Shown piece by piece: positions 46,379 through 56,463 of a stretch of 64,000 nt of DNA. The DNA is from Candidatus Altiarchaeota archaeon (GTDB lineage: Archaea > Altiarchaeota > Altiarchaeia > IMC4 > SCGC-AAA252-I15). Below the pieces are notes generated by a model. That model did no database searches, was not told the origin of the DNA, and was given only the letters and a program-made list of their open reading frames with translations. How positions within the stretch are numbered: position 1 is the first letter of the stretch; each line of letters opens with the position of its first letter. A program made the translations under genes and the position numbers. The stretch spans positions 3,526 to 67,525 of the forward strand of contig JAQTQS010000001.1 in the NCBI GenBank assembly GCA_028712125.1, read 5' to 3'.

Positions 46379-47365
46379 ATGAAAGTCAACGGAAAATCCT
46401 ATAGGACGGTCTGGATGGAGGGCAATATTGTCAGGATGATTGACCAGCTAAGGCTCCCGCATGAATTCAAGATACACGAATGCAAGACTTACCTTGAAAC
46501 CGCCGACGCCATCAAAAACATGACAATTCGGGGCGCGCCGGCCATCGGCGCGACCGCGTGCTATGGGATGGCGCAGGCTGTATCAGCCGGCGTTTCTATT
46601 GACGTTGCCGAACGCGAGTTAGGCGCTACACGTCCGACCGCCCACGACCTCTTTGACGCCATCGGATTTTTCAGAAAGCGCTATAACGGCTCTAACGCGG
46701 CTGCCGTCGCATCCTCATACGCGGACGCCTCGGTCGAACGCTGCAGGAAAATAGGCGAATTTGGCCAGCGGCTGATTAAGGACGGCATGCGGGTCCTGAC
46801 GCACTGTAATGCCGGATGGCTGGCGTGCGTGGACTACGGCACGGCCACAGCCCCGATGTACGTCGCGCATGAGAAAGGCAGGAAGTTCTTCGTCTGGGTT
46901 GACGAGACTAGGCCGAGGCTCCAGGGCGCGAAGCTGACGGCTTGGGAGCTGTCACAATGCGGCATTGATCATGCGGTGATAGCCGACAACGCGGCCGGCT
47001 ACTTCATGCGGCGCCGCGAAGTGGACATTGTCATAGTCGGCGCGGACCGGATTGCGGCGAACGGCGACGTTGCGAACAAGATAGGGACCTATGAGAAGGC
47101 AGTCCTTGCGAAAGAGAGCGGGATACATTTCTACGTCGCCGCGCCGGCTTCCACATTCGACCTTGAGGCGAGGACCGGGAGCGACATCCCAATAGAGGAG
47201 CGAGGCGGGGATGAGGTCGCCTTCATCGAAGGCGTCCGCATAACGCCCGAAGGCTCGAAAGCAAGGAATCCCGCCTTTGACATCACGCCCGCAAAATACG
47301 TAACCGGCATCATCACTGAGGAGGGAATCCTGAACCCGTGGGAAAAACCTGCCAGCCTTGTTTGA
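46379..47365 (+). CDS. mtnA: S-methyl-5-thioribose-1-phosphate isomerase
   Basis: IRGAPAIG, LTHCNAGWLA, DETRPRLQGAKLTAWEL, NPAFDITP. Confidence 0.95.
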   Translation: MKVNGKSYRTVWMEGNIVRMIDQLRLPHEFKIHECKTYLETADAIKNMTIRGAPAIGATACYGMAQAVSAGVSIDVAERELGATRPTAHDLFDAIGFFRKRYNGSNAAAVASSYADASVERCRKIGEFGQRLIKDGMRVLTHCNAGWLACVDYGTATAPMYVAHEKGRKFFVWVDETRPRLQGAKLTAWELSQCGIDHAVIADNAAGYFMRRREVDIVIVGADRIAANGDVANKIGTYEKAVLAKESGIHFYVAAPASTFDLEARTGSDIPIEERGGDEVAFIEGVRITPEGSKARNPAFDITPAKYVTGIITEEGILNPWEKPASLV

Positions 47366-47397
47366 ATTTTTTAAACCAGAACGCCCAATACTCATGG

Positions 47398-47844
47398 ATG
47401 AACGGAGGGATAGTCGAGAAGAACGGCCAAAACGGCATAGTCCCTGCTCCCGACCCAGCCAAGGAACTGCCGGCCGAGAAGGCCGTGCCGTTGACGGCCG
47501 ACGAGGCGCAAGCCGTTGAACGGGTTAGGAAGGCGCTGTACTACGGGGAGTATTATAGGCTGACGGCGGCCGCACCGTATGATTACCAAAAAGTAGCGGA
47601 ATCCACGGACCATGCGAGGGATGCGCTTTCAAAGCCGACCAGGGCGGGGATTCTACAGGCGGTCGGGAAGCTTACAGACCATGAGAAGACGCTGATTTCA
47701 ACGGCGGCGCACAGGGCTGATGCGACCGACGCGCATCTGATTCACGCCATATACGGCGGCGCGCTCCCGGGAAAAGACCCTTCAAGCCAAAGGTACAAAA
47801 TCATCGGCGAGATACTTGCCGCGGTCAGGAGAACGGATAAGTGA
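47398..47844 (+). CDS. Hypothetical protein
   Basis: ORF with Pro-rich N-terminus; fills the gap between mtnA and the DUF3160 gene. Confidence 0.55.
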   Translation: MNGGIVEKNGQNGIVPAPDPAKELPAEKAVPLTADEAQAVERVRKALYYGEYYRLTAAAPYDYQKVAESTDHARDALSKPTRAGILQAVGKLTDHEKTLISTAAHRADATDAHLIHAIYGGALPGKDPSSQRYKIIGEILAAVRRTDK

Positions 47845-47905
47845 TTCGCTTTTGGCCGAAACAAAACATTCTCCTTTTTTAAAACGCCTATTAATGTAAT
47901 ATTGT

Positions 47906-50647
47906 ATGAATAAGACTCCAGCATTACTGGCCCTGCTGCCACTGGCTTTGATAATTTCGGCAGGCTGCATCAGCCAGATGAACAAGACCGTAGAATGCTA
48001 TTCGGCTGTGGATTGCGAGGGAAACAGCCACGGCACGTGCAATGGAAGCTGGGACTGCGTCGAAGGCAAGTGCGCATGGGACTGCGGGCCTGCGACGACC
48101 ACCACCATCCCGCCGGGCTCGAAAAACGGCCATTGCGGCGGGCCGGACGGCGTGCGATGCAAAGACGGCCTTACATGCATTTTTGACAGCCCTTGCGTGA
48201 ACTGCGTCGGCGTCGGCGGGATATGCCAAGTCGACGAGTCGGCCGTCTCGCTTGAGCGATTGTTCGCCACTTACTATGAGCCGGTGGAATACGAAGTCCG
48301 GTATAATCCGCCGGATTACAGGCTTCCATTGGATGCCGCGCGAATTTACAACATAAACCACGTGGAGACATTCCTTAAGTTGGATGCGGGCGAGAAGAGC
48401 TCGCTTGCCCATAACGGCGTCATTGTCATTAGAAATCCGTATAATCCGCGCGAGGACGGCATAACGGACGTCTATACCAACCTGAAGGACGCTGAAATCC
48501 CGGTGTTCATCACGAGCGACAGCCTCCTGCACCTCTATCACATACAGTTCGACGAGACGCTCCGCACTGTCGAGGAGCAGCAGTTCTACGATTTCGCGTG
48601 GAACATAAGCCGGAGGCTTCTGGAGGAGAACAACCGCGGCTATGCGCAATCCAGCGGCGAAATCAAGGAGGCTTACCGCAGGAACATGGCCTTCTTCTCG
48701 GTCGCAATGAGCCTGCTCGCGCCCGCGCCAGACCAGTCGTGTTTGGAAGACGAATACGGGCAGGGTTATTCGGATAAATGGGAGTGCATGAACGATGAAA
48801 GCAAGTTCCCGCACGCAGAGTACGTGCTCTACCGCTTCAACGCGTCGCCTGAAGTGAAAGACAATGTGGACGCGGAGCTCGCGCTCATAAGAAGGCATGA
48901 TGGTTTCAGCGCGTCGCCGCTGTTCGGCTACAAGGAGGACTACAGCCAGTATGTCCCGCGGGGGCATTACACCCGCAGCGAAAAGCTGAAGAACTACTTC
49001 AAGGCGCTGATGTGGTACGGCAGGATGAGCTTCCTGCTGAAGGAAAGCCCCATCATATCAAAGGAAGACGCGAGAATGCAGACCCTACAGGCGTCGCTCA
49101 TAGCAAGCCAGCTCATGACCGACCCGGACGCGAAGAGGATGTGGGACAACATATACGCAGTCACCTCATTCTACGTCGGCTTCAGCGACGACCTAGGGCC
49201 TTATGAATACCGTGAGGCGTTAGGCAAGGTCTTCGGCGGACAAGTCCCCTGCGAGAGCGGCTGCCCGCTGGGCGAGACGTGCTACAGCTCGCAACTATGC
49301 TCCACCGGGCCTTCGGGGACAGTCTGCGGAAAGCAGACCGGAGACCTACTCTGCCACAAGCCCTGCTCAACCGACCAGGACTGCCCGGGCGGCCAGTACT
49401 GCCGTACTGTGACGATGTGGAGCGGCGACACCGGCTCAGACGCGCGACTGTGCTTATCAAAGCCTTTCGCGCCGGAAGATTTGAACGAATCCTCGCTCGA
49501 ACAATTGAAAGCGGAACTCGCAACCTACCGGGCGCCGAAGATATACGGCGGCACCGGAGACTGCGAGGTTACGCCGGGCTCGCGCGACGGCATACTCGCC
49601 TGCCTTGAGGCCACAAAGGGCCTGAGGCTGATGGGCCAGCGGTTCATCCCGGATTCCTACATGTTCCAGAACCTTGTGAACAGCGGGAACGTCGGCTTTT
49701 ACACCGGGGCGCAGCCGGTGCCGTTCACCTACGGCGAGTCTACGAGAGTGTTCCCAAGGGGATTGGACGTGATGGTGCTGCTCGGCTCCAAACGCGCGAG
49801 AGATATTGAGAAGTCGGCGAAGGACGACGCCTACCAGAATTACTCTACGGCCTACGGACGCCTTGAGGATGAGTTCAACGGCTTTACGCCGGAAGAGTGG
49901 AACCGCAACCTCTACTGGAGCTATCTATACAGCCTCCAGCCGCTGCTTGCGGACTTCAACGAGAGCCATCCCGCATTCATGCGCTCGGACGCATGGAAGG
50001 ACAAGGAGCTCTTGACTGCGCTCGCCGCATGGACTGAACTGCGGCACGACACCATCCTGTACGCCAAGCAGAGCTACACGATGAGGGAGACCGCGATGCC
50101 GGACATTTTGCCTGAAAAGCCGGTCGTCGGCTACGTCGAGCCGGTGCCGGAATTCTACGCCCGCCTGCTTGCGCTCACCCGCATGACCACGCGCGGCCTG
50201 GACGACTTGGGCGCGATAGACGAGACAAGCCGCTACAGGCTGAAAAAGCTGGAATCGGTGCTCAAACGCCTGCTGGACATATCGGCGCAGGAGCTCAGGA
50301 ACAGGGAGCTCTCGCAGGAGGACTACGATTTCATCAAAAACTTCGACGCAAGCCTGAACGGCGTCATACAGGACGTTGACGAGAAGGCAAAGAAGACAAC
50401 GATAATCGCGGACGTGCACACGGACTCAAACTCCGGCCAGGTGCTGGAGGAAGGCGTCGGCTATGTGAACATAGCGGTCGTCGCCTACCAGTTGCCGGAC
50501 GGCAGGGTGCTTGCGGGCGCAGGGCCGGTCTTCACGTATTACGAGTTCAAGCACCCTATGGGTGACCGGCTGACTGACGAGGGATGGCGCACGATGCTTG
50601 AGACGAACCCGCCGTCACCGCCGGAATGGGCTTTGAATGCAACATGA
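47906..50647 (+). CDS. DUF3160 family secreted protein/lipoprotein with Cys-rich insertions
   Basis: Signal ending SAGC; EDYSQYVPRGHYT, WTELRHDTILYAKQSY, GYVEPVPEFY, IADVHT. Confidence 0.9.
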   Translation: MNKTPALLALLPLALIISAGCISQMNKTVECYSAVDCEGNSHGTCNGSWDCVEGKCAWDCGPATTTTIPPGSKNGHCGGPDGVRCKDGLTCIFDSPCVNCVGVGGICQVDESAVSLERLFATYYEPVEYEVRYNPPDYRLPLDAARIYNINHVETFLKLDAGEKSSLAHNGVIVIRNPYNPREDGITDVYTNLKDAEIPVFITSDSLLHLYHIQFDETLRTVEEQQFYDFAWNISRRLLEENNRGYAQSSGEIKEAYRRNMAFFSVAMSLLAPAPDQSCLEDEYGQGYSDKWECMNDESKFPHAEYVLYRFNASPEVKDNVDAELALIRRHDGFSASPLFGYKEDYSQYVPRGHYTRSEKLKNYFKALMWYGRMSFLLKESPIISKEDARMQTLQASLIASQLMTDPDAKRMWDNIYAVTSFYVGFSDDLGPYEYREALGKVFGGQVPCESGCPLGETCYSSQLCSTGPSGTVCGKQTGDLLCHKPCSTDQDCPGGQYCRTVTMWSGDTGSDARLCLSKPFAPEDLNESSLEQLKAELATYRAPKIYGGTGDCEVTPGSRDGILACLEATKGLRLMGQRFIPDSYMFQNLVNSGNVGFYTGAQPVPFTYGESTRVFPRGLDVMVLLGSKRARDIEKSAKDDAYQNYSTAYGRLEDEFNGFTPEEWNRNLYWSYLYSLQPLLADFNESHPAFMRSDAWKDKELLTALAAWTELRHDTILYAKQSYTMRETAMPDILPEKPVVGYVEPVPEFYARLLALTRMTTRGLDDLGAIDETSRYRLKKLESVLKRLLDISAQELRNRELSQEDYDFIKNFDASLNGVIQDVDEKAKKTTIIADVHTDSNSGQVLEEGVGYVNIAVVAYQLPDGRVLAGAGPVFTYYEFKHPMGDRLTDEGWRTMLETNPPSPPEWALNAT

Positions 50648-51290
50648 GATGGACGAGAGGGACAAGATAACGATAGACCGGGAGACGTTCAAGGCGCTGG
50701 CAGCAGACAGCAGGATAGAGATTTTAAAGCGCTTGGAAGAGCACAAGCTGACGCTGACAGACCTTGCAGAAAAGCTGAAGATGAGCCCCTCCACGGTAAA
50801 GGAGCACTTGGACAGGCTCTCAGCGGCCGGCCTGATAGAGCAATTGCCCGGCGACGCGAAATGGAAGTACTACAAGCTCACCAGGAAGGGTAAGAACATC
50901 CTCAATCCCTATGAGACGAGGGTCTGGTTCGTGCTCGCGGTCTCTGCGATAGGGCTGATAGGCATCCTAATCGACCTCTTCGGGAGGATGACGGTCTTTA
51001 ACACATCCATCATGTCTCGCATGGAAGAGACGCTGCCGCAGGCGGGGGGGACGCGCATGCTCTCAGACGCGATGAAGAACGTCACATCAGAACCTGAAGT
51101 CATGCTAAAGGCCGCATCGGAAGCGGCCGACACGGCAACCACGACCCTCGCAACCGCCCTGGAATCAGCATCCCACGCACGCGGCATAATCGAGACCATG
51201 CCGACCGGAGAAATCGCCCTCGCGCTCGTCCTGACGCTGGCGGTAGGCCTATGCATCGGCCTTTTGATGAAGAAGAAAAGCATGCTATAG
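50637..51290 (+). CDS. Membrane-tethered ArsR-type winged-helix regulator
   Basis: FKALAADSRIEILKRL..STVKEHLDRL..KWKYYKLTRKG plus two TM helices. Confidence 0.85.
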   Translation: MQHEMDERDKITIDRETFKALAADSRIEILKRLEEHKLTLTDLAEKLKMSPSTVKEHLDRLSAAGLIEQLPGDAKWKYYKLTRKGKNILNPYETRVWFVLAVSAIGLIGILIDLFGRMTVFNTSIMSRMEETLPQAGGTRMLSDAMKNVTSEPEVMLKAASEAADTATTTLATALESASHARGIIETMPTGEIALALVLTLAVGLCIGLLMKKKSML

Positions 51291-51352
51291 GGCGTATGCA
51301 GACTTTTTACCTTCAAGTCGAATGTATAGGTAAGTTCTATCGGGGTGCATGA

Positions 51353-53101
51353 TTGGCCAAAAGAAAGAAAGCTGCAAGCATCGAGACAACGGATGGCGGG
51401 CAACCGGACGCCGGCCAGCACGTCGCCTCCGCCGGGAAAGGCCAGACGCCCAGGCAGGACTGGTATCTCGCAGGCGGGCTGTTCCTCATCGCACTCCTCC
51501 TGAGACTTCGGTTCGTAAACGCCGGACTATTCTACACGGACGCGGTGATAGCCGCACAGAACGCGGAAGCGACCTACAACACGCTCAGCATACACTACAT
51601 GCACGGCGTAGGCTACCCCGGCCACGTGATTATGATAGCCGTGCTTTACGCAATCGCCAAGCTCTTCTTCGGCGTCGCGACGGCGGAATCCTCGACATTG
51701 TTCATCTCGCTGTTCACCGCTGCGCTTTCGGTCGGACTGCTCTATCTGCTGGTCAGAAAAATGGGCGGCTCCAAGTTCGCAGGCATCTCCGCAGCGCTCG
51801 TCCTAAACACGCTTCCCGTATACCTTTCGACCTCGACATTCGGCATGAGCCACCAGCCGGCAGGCCTGTTCATGCTCCTCTCGTTCTACCTCGCCATGCT
51901 TGCGGCCGAAACAGGGGACGTCAGGCTGAAGCTTGCCGCGCCGCTGTCGCTCGGCTGGGCGGCCGCGATAAGGCTTGAGACTATCCAGATGCTCCCCCTC
52001 ATGCTGCTGTTCTACTGGATTAAACGCCCGCCCGCATCAATCGGCATAAGCGAGGGATACCTCAAATTCAGGCTGAAGACAGGAAAGGACGAGCTCGTAA
52101 AGGACGCAGCCTACGCAATAATTCCCGCAATCATAATGCTCGCCATCCCCTACATACCCATGCTGCGCGAAAGCGGCCTGAAGACGCTGATAGACGCATT
52201 TGAATACAACCGCTGGCTGGGACTATGGGTCAGCGGCCTGACAGAGCTGGTGATAGAGTGGGTGACAATCTCGCTGACGCAGTATGGCTGGCTGCTCGTG
52301 CTCTTCGGGATGGCCGCGCTGTTCGCGCGAAAGGAGAAGGGCCCGTTCATCGCCATGCTCCTGTGGTGCTTCTACTTCCTCGTGCTCGCCAATACCCTGA
52401 CCGTGGAAGACCGCCACACGATACCCGCATTAATCGGTTTTACGGTCGCCATCGGCTTCGCTCTGGACTGGGCATACAGGAGGATACACGCGATAGCAGG
52501 CATTGCGATAATGCTCGCGCTCCTCGGAATCATGCTCTCCACAATCTACCCGATACTCGACTACCGGGCCAACTTCTGCGGGCCGAAATCGTTCACATTC
52601 GCGATAAAGGACATCATCGAGAAAAACTCGGTGGTAATCGTAATGGACGAGGCGCCCCACCTCCAGTACTACGGCGGCCTCGACACCATCGGCCATCCCC
52701 TCGACGGGGACATGGTTAAGATTGAAAAGAGCCTTGCCGAGCTTCACGGCTACCTGGCGAACGGCACGAACGTCTATCTAGTCTCCAGCGCCTTCGTCTA
52801 CGACTCAGGCGCCGGAATCTCCTACGATCAGTCTTCAGGAAGGCTGTACAACACCCAGACGAGAAAGGTCTTCGAAAACCTGCAGCTGAACAAGGACGGG
52901 AAGTCCATGACAGACACGTCAACAGGCGTCAGCATACCGATATACGGCATATGGCAGATGGAACTCTTCTCGGAATTCACAGTCCTGCCTCTCAAGTCCA
53001 TCGAAAACGAAGACTGGCACAAGCGCAACGTCATAACCGGAAAATACGACGAGACACTGTTCAGGATAACAGACCGTCCGGCCAATCAGAGAGGAACATG
53101 A
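51353..53101 (+). CDS. GT-C (PMT/ArnT-like) membrane glycosyltransferase
   Basis: Many TM helices; acidic first loop (YTDAV); C-terminal soluble domain. Confidence 0.75.
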   Translation: MAKRKKAASIETTDGGQPDAGQHVASAGKGQTPRQDWYLAGGLFLIALLLRLRFVNAGLFYTDAVIAAQNAEATYNTLSIHYMHGVGYPGHVIMIAVLYAIAKLFFGVATAESSTLFISLFTAALSVGLLYLLVRKMGGSKFAGISAALVLNTLPVYLSTSTFGMSHQPAGLFMLLSFYLAMLAAETGDVRLKLAAPLSLGWAAAIRLETIQMLPLMLLFYWIKRPPASIGISEGYLKFRLKTGKDELVKDAAYAIIPAIIMLAIPYIPMLRESGLKTLIDAFEYNRWLGLWVSGLTELVIEWVTISLTQYGWLLVLFGMAALFARKEKGPFIAMLLWCFYFLVLANTLTVEDRHTIPALIGFTVAIGFALDWAYRRIHAIAGIAIMLALLGIMLSTIYPILDYRANFCGPKSFTFAIKDIIEKNSVVIVMDEAPHLQYYGGLDTIGHPLDGDMVKIEKSLAELHGYLANGTNVYLVSSAFVYDSGAGISYDQSSGRLYNTQTRKVFENLQLNKDGKSMTDTSTGVSIPIYGIWQMELFSEFTVLPLKSIENEDWHKRNVITGKYDETLFRITDRPANQRGT

Positions 53102-54324
53102 AGGAATACAACGCCGACTTCCACATGCACTCGAAATACAGCGGCGGAAGCTCTGACGCCATGGTCCTGCCGGAAATCGCAAGACAGGCCGTATTAAAAG
53201 GCCTGGACCTTGTCGGGACTTCGGATGCGACCAATCCCAACTGGCTCGAACACCTCGAAGAGCACCTCACCATGGACGGCGACGGGGCATACGCCATCAA
53301 GGGATACAAAACGAAGTTCATCGTCACTACCGAGATAGAAGACTCATACCGCGTACACCACTTAATACTCCTCCCGACGATAGACGCCGCAAAGGAGCTG
53401 AGGAGGAAACTTTCGCCCCACTCCGTCGACATAGACCGGGAAGGCAGGCCCCACATACAGCTCGCAGGCGAAAAGCTTGCGGAATTTACGGCGGATGTTG
53501 GCGGGATGCTCGGCCCGTCCCACGCCTTCACGCCGTGGACAGCGGTGTACAAGGAATACCGGACGCTTGCGGAATGCTACGGCGGCATGCTCCATCACGT
53601 CAAATACCTCGAGCTCGGCCTTTCCGCAGACACCGACATGGCGGACCGCATCGGAGAGCTGCAGGAACTGACGTTCATGAGCAACTCGGACTGCCATTCC
53701 CCGTCCCCGCACAGGCTGGGCAGGGAGTTCAACCGCGTGCTGATGAAGAACCCGGGCTTTGACGAAGTAAGGCAGGCGATAGAACGCCACGGAGGACGGA
53801 GATTCACCCTCAACGCAGGCCTCAACCCCCGCGAGGGCAAGTACCACCTCACCGCCTGCAGCCGGTGCTTCACGAAATTCATGATGACTGATGCCGTGAA
53901 CCTTAGATGGAGATGCCCGGAGTGCGGGGGGATTATCAAGAAGGGGGTCGCGGACAGGATATCGGAGCTCGCGTCATTCTCAGAAGTCCGCCACCCAAAG
54001 CACCGCCCGCCCTACATACACTCGCTGCCCCTTGCGGAATGCATCGCCCTCGTCCTCGGCATCAAGACGCTGACCAGCGGCAGAGTGCAGGAGATGTGGC
54101 ACAGGTTCGTTGAGGCATGCGGCAGCGAGATTTCGGCCCTGATAGACGCCCCGGTTGAAGACCTGAAGGCTGTCGACATTGGCGTTGCGGGCGTGATAGA
54201 CAGATTCAGGAGGGACCGTCTGGACTACGTCGCGGGAGGGGGCGGACAGTACGGCAGGCCCACGCTCACGGGCGAAAAGGACGAGTTTTACGGAATCGGC
54301 CAGAAGAAGCTGGGCGACTTCTGA
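53098..54324 (+). CDS. TIGR00375 family PHP-domain protein with Zn ribbon
   Basis: ADFHMHSKYS, SNSDCHS, GKYHLTACSRC, CPECGG..KKGV. Confidence 0.92.
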   Translation: MKEYNADFHMHSKYSGGSSDAMVLPEIARQAVLKGLDLVGTSDATNPNWLEHLEEHLTMDGDGAYAIKGYKTKFIVTTEIEDSYRVHHLILLPTIDAAKELRRKLSPHSVDIDREGRPHIQLAGEKLAEFTADVGGMLGPSHAFTPWTAVYKEYRTLAECYGGMLHHVKYLELGLSADTDMADRIGELQELTFMSNSDCHSPSPHRLGREFNRVLMKNPGFDEVRQAIERHGGRRFTLNAGLNPREGKYHLTACSRCFTKFMMTDAVNLRWRCPECGGIIKKGVADRISELASFSEVRHPKHRPPYIHSLPLAECIALVLGIKTLTSGRVQEMWHRFVEACGSEISALIDAPVEDLKAVDIGVAGVIDRFRRDRLDYVAGGGGQYGRPTLTGEKDEFYGIGQKKLGDF

Positions 54325-54506
54325 CAATGAGCAGTCATGACATTTCGCACCATGCTTTTTGAGAGTCACGCGCGTTTTCCGGCACACTCCGCATGATTCC
54401 CGTGATATAGGCCGCAGCAGTCTTATTTTATGGTTTTTTTGCGGGCGATGGGTCATAATGCCCCATAGAAAGATTTTTATATAGTCATGACTATATCATA
54501 ACACTC

Positions 54507-54956
54507 ATGACAGATACAGATTATAAACAGGAATTCAAAAGCCTGACAAGCGAACTCACAAACGCAGTGCATGAGATACAAGACCCAGTGGCAATAGCCA
54601 CAATGCTGTACTCCATAGCAGAGGAAAAGAAATCCTCAAACCTAGTCACAAGAAACATCAACGCAAAACTCGACACCATCGCGCTAAAGATGGAGCAGCT
54701 CAACAAAACGCTCGAAAAACTCAACGTCTACCTCGAAAAAAGAGAGCAAACACCCGCAGCCAAGACATCCAAACGCGACAACGAGGTAATCAGCTTCGTA
54801 AAGCAAAAAAAGAAGATATCCGCAAAAGAACTCCAGGAAAAATTCAAATACAGAGGCCGGAACGCGGCAAGCGCAAGGCTATCCAAGCTCTTCAAGGAAG
54901 GCGTGCTCGAAAAATCCTTCATCGGCCGCGAAGTATACTACGTGAACAAAACGTAA
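54507..54956 (+). CDS. Coiled-coil plus winged-helix protein
   Basis: YRGRNAASARLSKLFKEGVLEK..GREVYY. Confidence 0.8.
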   Translation: MTDTDYKQEFKSLTSELTNAVHEIQDPVAIATMLYSIAEEKKSSNLVTRNINAKLDTIALKMEQLNKTLEKLNVYLEKREQTPAAKTSKRDNEVISFVKQKKKISAKELQEKFKYRGRNAASARLSKLFKEGVLEKSFIGREVYYVNKT

Positions 54957-54981
54957 GGATCACATCACCCCAACCACCCCG

Positions 54982-55116
54982 TCGTCCCGGGTCCACTGAA
55001 ACGACCCGGGACGAACCCCCTCACCACTCCAAGAAAAACACCAGCAGACCGCCGTAGACATCCGCAATGTAGGGATTGCGGATGAAATTCTCAACCGTCC
55101 CGCCCCAAAAACGGGA
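54982..55116. repeat. Cluster of intergenic stem-loops
   Basis: 12-bp stem 54982-54993/55003-55014; 10-bp stem 55059-55068/55075-55084; a short third stem. Confidence 0.7.
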
Positions 55117-55187
55117 TTCAGGGGATGACGCCTTTATGCCAGTGGGGTAAAAGACGTTATAAATATCCTGTCAATTAATAGGTAAAT

Positions 55188-55868
55188 GTGGAGGATAATC
55201 CTATTGTAGTTGATGGGACAGGCTCCAAGGTAGTTCATTCGAAGGGCTATAGCCTGGGTTATTTTATTGGTTCTTTTTTCCTCGGAGTGGTTTTACTTTT
55301 ATTAATCCTTTATTGGCAACTGGGGATTTTCGAAATGGCCAAGCCGGTGATTTATCTTTACCCGACCGTTGCTGGCCAAGTCAAAGTTACCCTTGTTACT
55401 CCTGGCAGTATTACCGTGTCTGACCCCCCGTATAATGGAGCCTGGAACGTCTTAGCGACCCCTGAGGGCAGAATAGACGGAGCATATGACTATCTCTTCT
55501 ATGAGGCGGATGTCGGAAGGGGTGCGGATTTATCGGAGGGATGGATTGTGGAAGGCGAGAAAATCGGTGAATGGTTCGACCTGAATTTGCCTGTCTTCGG
55601 ACTAAACGAAAATGAAGAGAAGGACTTCATGGAGTACTGGATGGTTCACCTGCCAAAAGCAGACTACTACAAGGTCGTATTGCTATCGGACGAAGACCTT
55701 GACGAGATGGTAAGGTTGGACATCGAGCCTAAACCTGACACCATAATCAGGGTCAACCTGTACATAAAGCCGATAAATGAGAAAATCGTAATCCCACATC
55801 CCAGGATAAAGGAAAAACAAAGGGAAGGATTCACTGTTGTGGAATGGGGGGTGATTCTTGATGACTGA
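55188..55868 (+). CDS. Membrane-anchored hypothetical protein (KPVIYLYP-type conserved domain)
   Basis: KPVIYLYP, YDYLFYE, EKDFMEYW, REGFTVVEWG. Confidence 0.8.
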   Translation: MEDNPIVVDGTGSKVVHSKGYSLGYFIGSFFLGVVLLLLILYWQLGIFEMAKPVIYLYPTVAGQVKVTLVTPGSITVSDPPYNGAWNVLATPEGRIDGAYDYLFYEADVGRGADLSEGWIVEGEKIGEWFDLNLPVFGLNENEEKDFMEYWMVHLPKADYYKVVLLSDEDLDEMVRLDIEPKPDTIIRVNLYIKPINEKIVIPHPRIKEKQREGFTVVEWGVILDD

Positions 55869-56352
55869 AACCGGGAAAAAGGAGCCGGGATTCATTCAAG
55901 GCCTGTGGGATGGACTGATGAAACACAAAACTGTGAATTTCATCATTATGGTAATTATAATCCTCATCATATGGGATATTATGCAGAAACCGCATTATTC
56001 GGGGGTGATGATAACCGCCTCGGGTTTTGCAAAGATTAAACCCCAGCTTTACGCTACAAGTTTAAGGGCTGATGGAAACTTCACTGGAGTATTCACTGAT
56101 GGAGCGGGAGCGAGGATAACTGTCATGACTGCGACCGCGACATTGGATAATGGTGACACATGTACGTTGACTGCTATTCCAACACAGGCATCTGCTGGAG
56201 ACAACTTCATATTATCAGGCTCGAGCTGTGATGCAGGCGGCGACAAAGGGGATATGTACATGATGACTATCTCAATCCCCTACACGATAGTTATCGGAAA
56301 TATAACCTCAACACACAATGATACCGGAAGGATAAACGGGCCACTAATGTGA
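55861..56352 (+). CDS. Pilin-like membrane-anchored protein
   Basis: TM helix, then SGFAKIKPQL and a Thr/Gly-rich beta domain with one Cys pair. Confidence 0.6.
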   Translation: MTETGKKEPGFIQGLWDGLMKHKTVNFIIMVIIILIIWDIMQKPHYSGVMITASGFAKIKPQLYATSLRADGNFTGVFTDGAGARITVMTATATLDNGDTCTLTAIPTQASAGDNFILSGSSCDAGGDKGDMYMMTISIPYTIVIGNITSTHNDTGRINGPLM

Positions 56353-56463
56353 ATTTTGTTCTTTAAAATTGTTTGTTGAATATTTTTACAATAGCTAGTG
56401 AGTTTAGTGTATTGATTGCGGAGGGGGGAGAAAACGTTTTTGATCTGAGGTAATTGGTTGCCC

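Noticed and set aside
52951-53097. Extended N-terminus of the TIGR00375 protein
   Set aside because: Overlaps the GT-C gene; ATG at 53098 with ATGA coupling fits the family start
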